A stretch of 64,000 bases of DNA. Origin: an uncultured virus (IMG/VR IMGVR_UViG_3300022187_000001) (Duplodnaviria; Heunggongvirae; Uroviricota; Caudoviricetes; Crassvirales). This document shows positions 1 to 8,545 of this stretch, in pieces. The notes beneath the pieces are model-generated. The model saw only the letters and a program-made list of their open reading frames with translations. It was not told where the DNA came from and made no database searches. The stretch lies in the IMG/VR virus record IMGVR_UViG_3300022187_000001; one strand, written 5' to 3'. The position numbers were made by a program, and so were the translations under genes. Every line of letters begins with the position of its first letter. The first letter of the stretch is position 1.

Positions 1-1141
1 TGTAGTCAGACCCCATGATATAGGTCCCGCTATACACATTCATTATCTCCATTTTGTGTGGAGTCCTAGAAAACACACTGTTTGTCTTTTCTTTATAGCT
101 ACTTCCTTTGTCGTAGAAGTTTGTGTTACCGAATCGGTTTCTTTTTTCTTCGTAGTAGTTGGTGTCCGTAGACGTAAACTCAAACTCTAGTATCTCTACC
201 ATATACTCGTCATACCCCATGTTGTATCTCTCTGAGAGCCTATCATAGGTGGAGTCGTATGGTCCTCCGCTTGTATTGTTCCTTGTTGCCAGGGTCTGTA
301 TCTTCTTGTATTCATCTTCAGAAAACTGATCTCCTGCAAGTCTTTTTAGTTCTGCAATACTTATTCTTTTTACATGACCTGCATATATAAGATCTGAAAA
401 AGAAGGGTCTTCCGTATAGCTATGTATAAAGTTGGCTGGGTCTACGTACTCTACTGAAATGCCGTATGTAGGGTCGTTGCTTCTTTTTGTCACAGCCATT
501 CCAAGAGCGACAAGATCATTAACACACCTTCTATACGTAGAGTCGTTAAAATCACTCCACTCCAACGTCATGTTTGTTCCAATCTGAGCCGCTACTTCTG
601 CGTCCGTCTTGATGTTAGTGTCAAATAGTATTTCTGCCTCCTCTAGGGTTTCTGGAACTTTATCTGGGTCCATATCTATGACCATTCCAGTCTGCTCCTT
701 AAGCTTTTTTAACTGCTCTCTAGCTTGAACTTGAAGGTTAATTTTCTTCTTTTTTCTATTCTTTTCAGAAGAAGAAAGAGGGTCTACCGCCTCAAGGTTT
801 GGATATGGGTCTCTAGATAAGATTTTATTGACAACAATCCTAGCAAACTTCGATAAAATAGGGACAGGGGTAAAATCAAGATTAATAAGGCTGCCGTCAC
901 CGTTGTTAGGATCAAGAGATGTAAGAATTTGCTTGTAAATGGTTGTGTCTTGTGTTCCATTAGCATAATCTCTATTTCTGTCAAAAACCTTTCTTCTCTT
1001 TCTAAATAAAGAATTATAGTCGCTCCCATTGCCCCACTGAGATTGTATAGCCTTAGCATATTTAAGGCCGTACTCCTTCATCTCTTTTTTTTCTTTTGGG
1101 AGAAGTGGATCAGGAAAATTAGAAGAATATTTATTTGCCAT
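1..1141 (-). CDS. Portal protein (N-terminal part; runs off the left edge)
   Basis: Hand translation from ATG at 1141 (MANKYSSNFPDPLLPKEKK...LDFTPVPILSKFARIVVNKI...VEYVDPANFIHSYTEDP) stays open to the window edge. It lies directly downstream of TerL and resembles Bacteroidota phage portals. Not in the ORF track because it is truncated. Confidence 0.85.
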   Translation of the reverse strand, partial: MANKYSSNFPDPLLPKEKKEMKEYGLKYAKAIQSQWGNGSDYNSLFRKRRKVFDRNRDYANGTQDTTIYKQILTSLDPNNGDGSLINLDFTPVPILSKFARIVVNKILSRDPYPNLEAVDPLSSSEKNRKKKKINLQVQAREQLKKLKEQTGMVIDMDPDKVPETLEEAEILFDTNIKTDAEVAAQIGTNMTLEWSDFNDSTYRRCVNDLVALGMAVTKRSNDPTYGISVEYVDPANFIHSYTEDPSFSDLIYAGHVKRISIAELKRLAGDQFSEDEYKKIQTLATRNNTSGGPYDSTYDRLSERYNMGYDEYMVEILEFEFTSTDTNYYEEKRNRFGNTNFYDKGSSYKEKTNSVFSRTPHKMEIMNVYSGTYIMGSDY

Positions 1142-1167
1142 ACTATTTCCTATGAAATGCAAATATA

Positions 1168-3267
1168 TTAAACTCTGCGTATAGGCTTATGTCTTCTAAA
1201 AAACTTCTTTTCTGAAAAGTTTGCAGCCTCTTTTGTTTTTTCTTTTTGAGCCGCTAAAAGAGCAAGACCAGAAGAAATAGTGAGGTCGTATTTAGTTCTA
1301 TCTGTTATTTTAAATCCTATCCAGTCCTCTAGGGTTCTATTGAAATACATTTTTCCTGTATCTCCTGTTTCTCTGTTTATACCTACGTGGTTGTGTATAT
1401 AAGCTTCAATAGATTGAGCATGGGAATGAATAACGTCATTAGAGTTAGAAGGAACTCCTTTTGTCCGAACATTTGATGTAGACCCAGGAACTTTAAGGTG
1501 ATTAGGCCTATCTAAAAGATATCCGTCATAGCCCCTTTCTTCAAAGTACCTAGCTATTCCGTATTTATTATTCTCAATAAGAAGAGGGTATCCATAGAAA
1601 AAAGCACACATCAATACGTCTTCATAAAATATTTTAGCTAACGGAGGTCGAGACGCATACTCCACAACAAACATGTTTGAAGGATGCTCCATGTGAAATT
1701 TGTTGTACATATGGAGTGCACCTTTAGATCCTCTCCCGTCTACCGTAGCGTCTATATCGTAGCTGTCAACTCCACCACATCCGATAATGTCGTTCGGAGC
1801 TATTAATTTTCCATATGACTCCTTTTTAATGTTTCTTAGATGCTTAGGGGGTAGCCAAGAGACGTAAAATCTCCCAGTAGGGTCTGACCTAAAAAGCACC
1901 TCTGTGTCCTTTTGACCTTCTTTCCATACAAAATTTCCTTGTACAACTGGGTTAGGGAATAAGTTGTCGTTGTGATCTATCTGTTCATATATCTGACCGA
2001 TATTAAACAGACTTCCTTCTATGCTGTCTCTAAACGCCTCGTCTGTGGTAAAAGGAAATTGCCTTATAATCTCATTGAGTTCAGATGGCTGTTGCTTAAA
2101 AGCTTCTCTTTCATTCTTTAAATACGTCTTAGCCCCAATAGATATCCCCTCACCGTCTAACCCCTCTACAATATCAGGTGGGTCTTCTGACACTGGATTT
2201 CCATATTTATCAAAGAAGCCCTCTAATGATTCTTGAGCTGGAATAAAAAGCCTATACAGCCCAGATCTAGTCCTCCCATTCGAATTCCTCTCCATAGGAT
2301 TCGAGTCCTCCCATAGGTCCTTGTACTCCTTTCCACCTTTGTTCATTGGATTTACGGTGCTTCCTACGAGCGCCTTTCCGATTACTTTTCGCCCGACTAT
2401 CAAACATGTCCTCTGAATCCTCCAGGCGTCTCTTATGTCTGTAGGTTTTTCCCATTTTCCTGCTTCGTCTAAGTATAACATGTGAAGTTTTTCACCGTCA
2501 TACGCATTGTTAGTGGTGTTTTTCCAATTAATTACTGTGTTAAGAGCATCCCCGACCTGAGCTGTTTTGTTTTTCTTTGTAATCTTTTTTGAAGGCTCTC
2601 TAAAAGCCAGCTCCATTCTAGGGTTTGTGGTTCCATCTTGAATAGGTTTAAAAAAGAATGGATAATTTCTAAACATAGAAACAACCTTCTTCATAAATAT
2701 ATTTTCCTGTGCGTCTTTACCCGTCTTGCTTTGTATTCCAAGAAGTTTTTCTTTAACCTGAGAAGCCTCATCTACAATTACTGAAGAACATATGTTGGTG
2801 TATCCGCTTCTACGGCACTTAGTATATAGCTGTCCTAGACATCTTTGGTCCGCTTCACATGCCGCCAGGTGTATAAATATTTTTCTTTGAAAGTCAAGAA
2901 AATTAGGGTAACCTATGTCGAACTTGGTCCATTGTAGGGCCATGTAGTGTCTACCTGTAATGTACGTAGGCACACCGTTGTTGTAAAACCAAACGCCATC
3001 ACGTCTACGCCTAAACTCTTTTTCGATGTATGGACTGAAACGTTCACGGAATTCCCTTGGCATCTCCCCCCACTCATCCATAGACTTAATCCTACGCAGC
3101 TCGTTTGGCATAGGTATCCTTTCCCACATTTGCAGATCTTTGGTTTTTTCGCTAAAGAGGATCTCTTTTTTCGGCGGCTTCTTGGGAAGCATAATCTGTA
3201 GTCCACCGACATCAATGATTTCTCCTTCCGTACCGTTGGGATCAATTTTAATAACATCTTCATTCAT
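1168..3267 (-). CDS. terL: Terminase large subunit
   Basis: 699 aa; Walker A-like KCRRSGYT, Walker B LYLDEAGK, C-terminal nuclease motifs GVDSYD and YDLTISSG; adjacent to the portal. Confidence 0.93.
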   Translation of the reverse strand: MNEDVIKIDPNGTEGEIIDVGGLQIMLPKKPPKKEILFSEKTKDLQMWERIPMPNELRRIKSMDEWGEMPREFRERFSPYIEKEFRRRRDGVWFYNNGVPTYITGRHYMALQWTKFDIGYPNFLDFQRKIFIHLAACEADQRCLGQLYTKCRRSGYTNICSSVIVDEASQVKEKLLGIQSKTGKDAQENIFMKKVVSMFRNYPFFFKPIQDGTTNPRMELAFREPSKKITKKNKTAQVGDALNTVINWKNTTNNAYDGEKLHMLYLDEAGKWEKPTDIRDAWRIQRTCLIVGRKVIGKALVGSTVNPMNKGGKEYKDLWEDSNPMERNSNGRTRSGLYRLFIPAQESLEGFFDKYGNPVSEDPPDIVEGLDGEGISIGAKTYLKNEREAFKQQPSELNEIIRQFPFTTDEAFRDSIEGSLFNIGQIYEQIDHNDNLFPNPVVQGNFVWKEGQKDTEVLFRSDPTGRFYVSWLPPKHLRNIKKESYGKLIAPNDIIGCGGVDSYDIDATVDGRGSKGALHMYNKFHMEHPSNMFVVEYASRPPLAKIFYEDVLMCAFFYGYPLLIENNKYGIARYFEERGYDGYLLDRPNHLKVPGSTSNVRTKGVPSNSNDVIHSHAQSIEAYIHNHVGINRETGDTGKMYFNRTLEDWIGFKITDRTKYDLTISSGLALLAAQKEKTKEAANFSEKKFFRRHKPIRRV

Positions 3268-4003
3268 CGTACTTACCTTGAATCAACTCTTGCAAGCGAA
3301 CGTATTTTTTAATTAACTCTGATCTTTTTAGATACCTAGGGTAAATAGTTTTACTAATATAAGATTCGTAGCTATGTATATTAAGATCGTCTTTTATGTC
3401 AAGACAATCTTCTGGATCTTCTGATATCAAATCGATTATATCCCACCCCCACTTATTGGTCATCTCCTCTAAAATTTTTCCGTCAAAATCAAATGTTTGA
3501 TCCTTGTTGTAGACCTTAAATAAGTCTACTGAATTTTCTAGAGAATACGTAAGGAAGAATTGTCCAGAACTAACCAGATATTTTCCTCTTGTATTGAAAA
3601 CGCAAGTCTCATCTTTGTTGGGGTCAGTACTCATTACAACAAACTTATTTGACCCAAACGTAGCTGTCTTTTTTCCAGACAACTTCTCTTTACACTTGTC
3701 CCAATATTCCTGGCTATGAAGGTTGTTGCTGCCCATCCAACAGATATAGTCTTTTTGAGCGTGAATAGAAGTCAACCATGAAAACTGAAACTTATAAGAA
3801 AGAGGATCGTTAGGGTACATGTAGTGCTTTATTCCTCTGTCAGAACAAAACTCCTCTTGTCTTTTGTCGTCACCAATTACAATTCCAGTAGCTTCAAATC
3901 CATCTTTTTTAAAGTCTTCTATGACATCGCTCATGTGCGATATTGACATTCTTGTCAAAGAAAACCTTTTGTGATAGACCATAAAAAAACAAACACTCTT
4001 CAT
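3260..4003 (-). CDS. Glycosyltransferase-like (GT-A fold) protein
   Basis: GT2-like pattern (IVIGDD, NDPLSYK, DYICWMGSNNL); the usual acidic GSDD position reads GSNN. Confidence 0.5.
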   Translation of the reverse strand: MKSVCFFMVYHKRFSLTRMSISHMSDVIEDFKKDGFEATGIVIGDDKRQEEFCSDRGIKHYMYPNDPLSYKFQFSWLTSIHAQKDYICWMGSNNLHSQEYWDKCKEKLSGKKTATFGSNKFVVMSTDPNKDETCVFNTRGKYLVSSGQFFLTYSLENSVDLFKVYNKDQTFDFDGKILEEMTNKWGWDIIDLISEDPEDCLDIKDDLNIHSYESYISKTIYPRYLKRSELIKKYVRLQELIQGKYDE

Positions 4004-5271
4004 CGGATCAAAGAGACATGACCGTTTATAACATAGGACTCTCCATAGCCCTCACACTGAAGTCTATATACATAAACGTCAGAAGGTAAATAATATTCAT
4101 CCCCTCCGATCCATATGTCATCAGGATGAAAGCCCTCCCAAACAACCTCACCACTTCTAGAAAAAACTTTTAATATCCAAGATATCCAACAGCTGTCATC
4201 AGTATATGCACCCCAGTAGTCATTGACACCATCATTATCTGGTGTAAAAGAATTAGGTATGTATATATCACATCCTTCGTATGGGCTTATACAAGGGCTT
4301 CCTGTTTCGCAATCAACTTCTACCATATCGTACTCGTAAGAGTATTCAATTAAAGTGTCTGTTGTGTATACGTAGGTTGTGTCGTAAAAATACCAGTTTA
4401 TAGGGACAGTAATAGTATCAGGGGGTAGTTCAACGTAGTTGATGATAGTGTCGTATAGGATCAAAGGCTGGTACACGGTGTCTGGGGGGAGCTCTACATA
4501 AACTACCGTTGTATCATATTCTATAAGCGTTACTGTATCAGGCGGGAGCTCTACATAAATAGTGTCAATCACTACCTCTGGTATGGGTTCGCCGCAATCG
4601 CCAACCACAACCCAGTTGTCCTGAAAGCTATTGTCTTCGTACAGCCCAGTCCCCCAAGGGGTTCCATCTCCATTAACTCCAACCTCGGCCCAGCCCCCGT
4701 CAGAAGCGTACATAGTCTGCCCGTAACTGATCTGCCATATTACAGCCTGGATGCTATAACCCTCTGTATACCAGTATGTTATGACGTTCTCTAGGTTGCA
4801 GTACATCTGCCCCGCGAAAGGACCGTTTACGCAATCCGACTGGTATGAGTTGAATATAGGGAATGTAACGGTGTCCCCAGAATAGTACGGGGGTACAAGC
4901 GACTCATCATATAGGTTCGTCCAGTTAGTTGGCGACTCTGTAGTAGTAGCGCTGTAGATCCATCCAGGATGGTTACTGGTAGCGCTGAGAGGGAAGTCAA
5001 AAGACGGGAAGTCCCACCCTGTATTCATCGCATTGCAGTCCTCGTCTATTGCCTGAAATCCAAACTGCAGTTCGGAAACGCCGTCGGGCGCACCTGCACC
5101 ACCGCAATTTTCTGTGTTAAGGAATGCTACAGTGACAGATCCTTCTACAGGATCGAAATCCAACAACTCAAGATCGCATTGAGCGTGCATAGGAAATCCT
5201 TTCAGGATAACGCTTAGTATGAAAAGCAAGATCATGATAAAGAGCTTGCTTAAAATATAGTCTCTAGTCAT
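4000..5271 (-). CDS. Exported protein with a type-B T9SS C-terminal sorting domain (gliding-motility-associated CTD)
   Basis: N-terminal signal peptide ending MHA-Q; C-terminus IYIPNSFTPDNDGVNDYW...LKVFSRSGEVVW...W.G...DVYVYRL...GHVSLIR; internal YVELPPDT repeats. Confidence 0.85.
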   Translation of the reverse strand: MTRDYILSKLFIMILLFILSVILKGFPMHAQCDLELLDFDPVEGSVTVAFLNTENCGGAGAPDGVSELQFGFQAIDEDCNAMNTGWDFPSFDFPLSATSNHPGWIYSATTTESPTNWTNLYDESLVPPYYSGDTVTFPIFNSYQSDCVNGPFAGQMYCNLENVITYWYTEGYSIQAVIWQISYGQTMYASDGGWAEVGVNGDGTPWGTGLYEDNSFQDNWVVVGDCGEPIPEVVIDTIYVELPPDTVTLIEYDTTVVYVELPPDTVYQPLILYDTIINYVELPPDTITVPINWYFYDTTYVYTTDTLIEYSYEYDMVEVDCETGSPCISPYEGCDIYIPNSFTPDNDGVNDYWGAYTDDSCWISWILKVFSRSGEVVWEGFHPDDIWIGGDEYYLPSDVYVYRLQCEGYGESYVINGHVSLIR

Positions 5272-5399
5272 CTTCCCTGACCCCTATATGGTTTCTTGTA
5301 GTTCTTAGATCTTTTTTTATTTGATGTCTTAGTCTTACTATGAACACCAGGCCTTGAAACCTTATTTTTCTTTTCGTAAGTAGATTCTACTTTTGCCAT
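5268..5399 (-). CDS. Small basic protein, 43 aa (ends KPYRGQGR)
   Basis: Hand translation MAKVESTYEKKNKVSRPGVHSKTKTSNKKRSKNYKKPYRGQGR; ATGA overlap with the next gene; below the ORF-track cutoff. Confidence 0.75.
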   Translation of the reverse strand: MAKVESTYEKKNKVSRPGVHSKTKTSNKKRSKNYKKPYRGQGR

Positions 5400-5412
5400 T
5401 TTATTTAATTTG

Positions 5413-5489
5413 TCGGCGAGGCGGGGATTGAACCCGCATGCAACCGATTACTCTTTCTACAAGGTATAAGCTTGAGGAGATACTCGCCG
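5413..5489 (-). tRNA. Non-canonical tRNA-like gene, anticodon UAU (Ile), no canonical D-arm
   Basis: Acceptor CGGCGAG/CTCGCCG+A; T-arm GCGGG-TTCAATC-CCCGC; anticodon loop CT-TAT-AC closed by CAAG/CTTG; extra arm GTAA-TCGG-TTGC. Confidence 0.7.
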
Positions 5490-5494
5490 AGTGT

Positions 5495-5734
5495 TTATTT
5501 TCTCTTTGAGCCCTTTATTCGACTTTTTTCTGCTATGCCTCTATTTTTAGATGCAGGCATAATTACTCTTGCTCCATTAGAGGCGTGATGAATGTCCTTG
5601 CCGTCTCCCTTTTTTACTTTTCCTTCTTTTTCAGCGGACCTACGGTCTCTATTCCTCTTAGCGCGGAGTTTTTTCTGCTCATCAGAAGACTGGAACTTAT
5701 CGTATTCTTTTCTATAATTTCTTTTTACTCTCAT
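5495..5734 (-). CDS. Small basic HNH-like protein
   Basis: KKGDGKDIHH...SKNRG pattern typical of minimal phage HNH proteins near packaging genes. Confidence 0.55.
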   Translation of the reverse strand: MRVKRNYRKEYDKFQSSDEQKKLRAKRNRDRRSAEKEGKVKKGDGKDIHHASNGARVIMPASKNRGIAEKSRIKGSKRK

Positions 5735-5751
5735 GACGGCAAATATCGCTC

Positions 5752-6042
5752 TTATTTTGAGAACCTTTCTGCAAACCCACCAGAGTAGTCTTTTTGATTT
5801 TTAATCTCGCCATCACTCCTTAGATCTCTTGTCATTTGCTCAAGCCTCTGCCTCTCTATAATCAATTCTTTGCAGTCTAATGCGGTCTGTTTTATGGAGG
5901 ATAGCTCTGCTTTTCGGCCTGCGCCATTTAAGTCTTTATCTACAGGCTTTTTAACCTCCTCTATCATGTTGTTTATAGCGGTCTCCATGCTAGACATGAG
6001 CCTAATAGCAGCCTCTAGGGTTGTAAACTTATATTTCGACAT
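5752..6042 (-). CDS. Helical protein, candidate terminase small subunit
   Basis: Coiled-coil-like, ends GGFAERFSK; start moved to MSKYKF; lies upstream of TerL. Confidence 0.4.
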   Translation of the reverse strand: MSKYKFTTLEAAIRLMSSMETAINNMIEEVKKPVDKDLNGAGRKAELSSIKQTALDCKELIIERQRLEQMTRDLRSDGEIKNQKDYSGGFAERFSK

Positions 6043-6610
6043 AAAGAAGGTCTTCTGATCTAACTCTGTAATACTCTTGGCCATCAATAGTAATCCTGTA
6101 GTCCATGTTTTTTTTAAAACCCACTACATCCCCCGCCGATATTCCTAATTCCTTAGTGTAGCTGCTCTCGAAAGCCAGCCTTCCTTTTAACTTATCAGAC
6201 TCTTCGGTAGTTATTATCTCAATTATCGCCTCTGCTACATCTTCACTCTCTTCTATTGGAGTCAACAATGTCCAACTACCCAGGAGGTTAATCTCTCCTT
6301 TTGAGTTTTTATACGCAATAGCCTGATTATTTACCGCATGTTCAGGGTTATACCTAACCAAGTAGTGGTTCTCATATCCAGTAAGCGTCTGACCCTCGTT
6401 CATTACAACCAGATGGTGAAAATACAGGGTGTCTCCAGGATTAACGCCAGTATTATGGTTGGCTACCGCAGAAACAACAGGGCCTTCTGTAACCCTATGC
6501 TCAAACTCATTAAACTTGGTATCAATAAACAGCTCAATTCCAGAGTCTGTAGTTATGGTGTCGTTTGTGGTCTTCTCCAGCTCAACGACAAATAAATCAA
6601 AAGGTTTCAT
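6029..6610 (-). CDS. GroES-like co-chaperonin, two tandem GroES-like domains
   Basis: MKPFDLFVVE...TTDSGIEL...GPVV...GVNPGDTLYF, then a second unit GISAGDVVGF...IDGQEYYRVRSEDLL. Confidence 0.7.
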   Translation of the reverse strand: MKPFDLFVVELEKTTNDTITTDSGIELFIDTKFNEFEHRVTEGPVVSAVANHNTGVNPGDTLYFHHLVVMNEGQTLTGYENHYLVRYNPEHAVNNQAIAYKNSKGEINLLGSWTLLTPIEESEDVAEAIIEIITTEESDKLKGRLAFESSYTKELGISAGDVVGFKKNMDYRITIDGQEYYRVRSEDLLYVEI

Positions 6611-6846
6611 TAAAAATTTAAATCAAATTCCAATATAGTTGGCATGCCATTTATACTTTTCCAGAGCATTTGACCATCATCTGTCTGGATATATATAAGA
6701 TATCTATTTATACCGTGCCTATGAAGCGACTCGTCATCAAAAACTATCGCACTAACTTCCCCCATTCCAGCTCTCATCCCTAGGTAGTATGCCATTGCAT
6801 CCTTAGGGTTTTGCCCAATAATAATTTTTCTAATTAGACCTTCCAT
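6610..6846 (-). CDS. Hypothetical protein
   Basis: 78 aa, coupled to both neighbours by overlapping stop/start codons. Confidence 0.7.
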   Translation of the reverse strand: MEGLIRKIIIGQNPKDAMAYYLGMRAGMGEVSAIVFDDESLHRHGINRYLIYIQTDDGQMLWKSINGMPTILEFDLNF

Positions 6847-7124
6847 TAGTTTAAAAATATGTCAAAATCTCCTAGACCGTCATCAATGGAACCTGGGTTA
6901 ATATAAGACTCCTTAATAAAGTCTAGTATTTCTTCTAGCTCGTCTTCACTGTATATGTTGTATCCATATACAGCCTTTATGTGTTTTTCGCCTTCTTCAG
7001 AAACATCAACCAACCCCGTCAACATAACGGATATAATTTCTTCTCTTTTACCATATCTTTCAAACAGATCATCGATCTTAGTGGCTATAGCAGACATTTC
7101 GCTTAAAAATTCAGATTCTGTCAT
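6846..7124 (-). CDS. Acidic hypothetical protein
   Basis: Start moved to MTESEF; coupled to the downstream gene. Confidence 0.65.
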   Translation of the reverse strand: MTESEFLSEMSAIATKIDDLFERYGKREEIISVMLTGLVDVSEEGEKHIKAVYGYNIYSEDELEEILDFIKESYINPGSIDDGLGDFDIFLN

Positions 7125-7551
7125 GGATAAAAAATCAAAAATGTTTCGTGATGTATCAAAACTACGCAAAAAAGACATATCTAAGAACTATCTTAAGAAC
7201 GTAAGATCCACTCTATTAGAGTTTCAGGATAAATATGAAATCTTCCAAAAAGAAATGTATTTCATGCTCTGGGCATACGACCTAGAATTCTTTACGCTAG
7301 ACTACGCCTCAAGCGAATACGGCGTAAATAAGAATCACCTAGGAGACAGAGTGATTTACCCTCTAATGAAAGAAGGGTACATACATAAATATTTTGACAA
7401 GCTAACGCCCTCGCAGTCATACGAGGACCATCTCTTTAGAGATGAGACCAAGTATAACTACAGGGTTAGATACGCCTTAACTCAAAAGGCCAGGCTTATG
7501 ATACAAAGATTTTACAGGAATCTTATTCCTTCCGACGATCGGAAACTATGA
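7123..7551 (+). CDS. Possible winged-helix DNA-binding protein; lone + strand gene in the late region
   Basis: MarR-like pattern (LMKEGYI...YALTQKARLMI); start moved to MDKKSK. Confidence 0.55.
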   Translation: MDKKSKMFRDVSKLRKKDISKNYLKNVRSTLLEFQDKYEIFQKEMYFMLWAYDLEFFTLDYASSEYGVNKNHLGDRVIYPLMKEGYIHKYFDKLTPSQSYEDHLFRDETKYNYRVRYALTQKARLMIQRFYRNLIPSDDRKL

Positions 7552-7756
7552 CATTTATAAGCGTGTCAAACCATCCGAAAACCTGATTGTCTTTTTCGGT
7601 AGGAGTTAGGTTCACCAAAACTTTTGCAAAAGCAAGAAGGCCGATTAAAATTTCACCCCAATTGTTAAGCCAAAAGTTTCCGTTTTCTACTACAGGCTCA
7701 ACTACATTAACTGCAGTTTCAGCAACCGCTACTACGGTGTCAAGTGTATCGATCAT
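7523..7756 (-). CDS. Holin-like membrane protein
   Basis: Hydrophobic segment WGEILIGLLAFAKVLVNL followed by TPTEKDN; next to the endolysin. Confidence 0.6.
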   Translation of the reverse strand: MIDTLDTVVAVAETAVNVVEPVVENGNFWLNNWGEILIGLLAFAKVLVNLTPTEKDNQVFGWFDTLINVIVSDRRKE

Positions 7757-7786
7757 GATGTATATTTTTGCGAATATATATATTTT

Positions 7787-8251
7787 TTACTGCATAAGGA
7801 TGTATGTAGTCACACCATCCTCCTTAACAGCCTTAAGAGTTCTATTTCTGTTTTCTCCAGATCTCTTATACGATACGTGAATCCAATCTGGCTCTTTATT
7901 GTCTCCAAACTCCCAGATTAATTGATCGTAGTTCAAGTGAGTGTATATGAACTTGAATATATCTGCATTTGATATATTACCATATACATGCGCATCGAGG
8001 TCTAGGGCCTCCCCAACCATATGCTGAGACGTTGAACTACCTCCAATCTTTCGGTTTAATTCTTTTGATCTAAATCCAGAAGTTACGGCTATAGGTACAC
8101 CAAAGTGGTCTCTTAGTGGTTGAAACACACACTCAGCTATCGCTTCCAGATTTGAAATCTCGTACTCTCCTGGTAGGTTTTCTATACCGTGTCGGATTGC
8201 CGTAATGCTTTTTGTTGCCTCTTTCAGTGATAAATTTTTTGACAGATTCAT
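7787..8251 (-). CDS. Endolysin, M15A family Zn peptidase
   Basis: VTSGFRS...N..IGG..TSQHMVGEALD...WIHVSY motifs. Confidence 0.9.
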   Translation of the reverse strand: MNLSKNLSLKEATKSITAIRHGIENLPGEYEISNLEAIAECVFQPLRDHFGVPIAVTSGFRSKELNRKIGGSSTSQHMVGEALDLDAHVYGNISNADIFKFIYTHLNYDQLIWEFGDNKEPDWIHVSYKRSGENRNRTLKAVKEDGVTTYILMQ

Positions 8252-8293
8252 GAAATCTTTTTTTTCTTGGATTAAAATATCCTTTACTGCCCA

Positions 8294-8545
8294 TTAAGAC
8301 CTGCAGGAAGACGAGGTCCTACTTCCACGGCCACCACCTCTTGCAAAGTTTATACCCCCTGATTTTGTTTTACCAAAACCCTTTCCGCTTTGACCACTTG
8401 CGGTTTTTGGCTTTTTAGTCTTTTCTTTTTTAGGGGTCTTCATCGTGCCCTCACCCTGCATTTTAGCAGGTGGAAGAAACCTTGGGCTCTGGGGGGCTAC
8501 ATTTTTACGCTTACCGCGTGTTATAGGTTTTTTTGTAATCCTCAT
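8294..8545 (-). CDS. Small basic protein
   Basis: K/R/G-rich, 83 aa, coupled operon. Confidence 0.65.
   Translation of the reverse strand: MRITKKPITRGKRKNVAPQSPRFLPPAKMQGEGTMKTPKKEKTKKPKTASGQSGKGFGKTKSGGINFARGGGRGSRTSSSCRS

Noticed and set aside
784..1059. 91-aa minus-strand ORF in the track
   Set aside because: Out-of-frame shadow inside the portal gene, which starts at 1141
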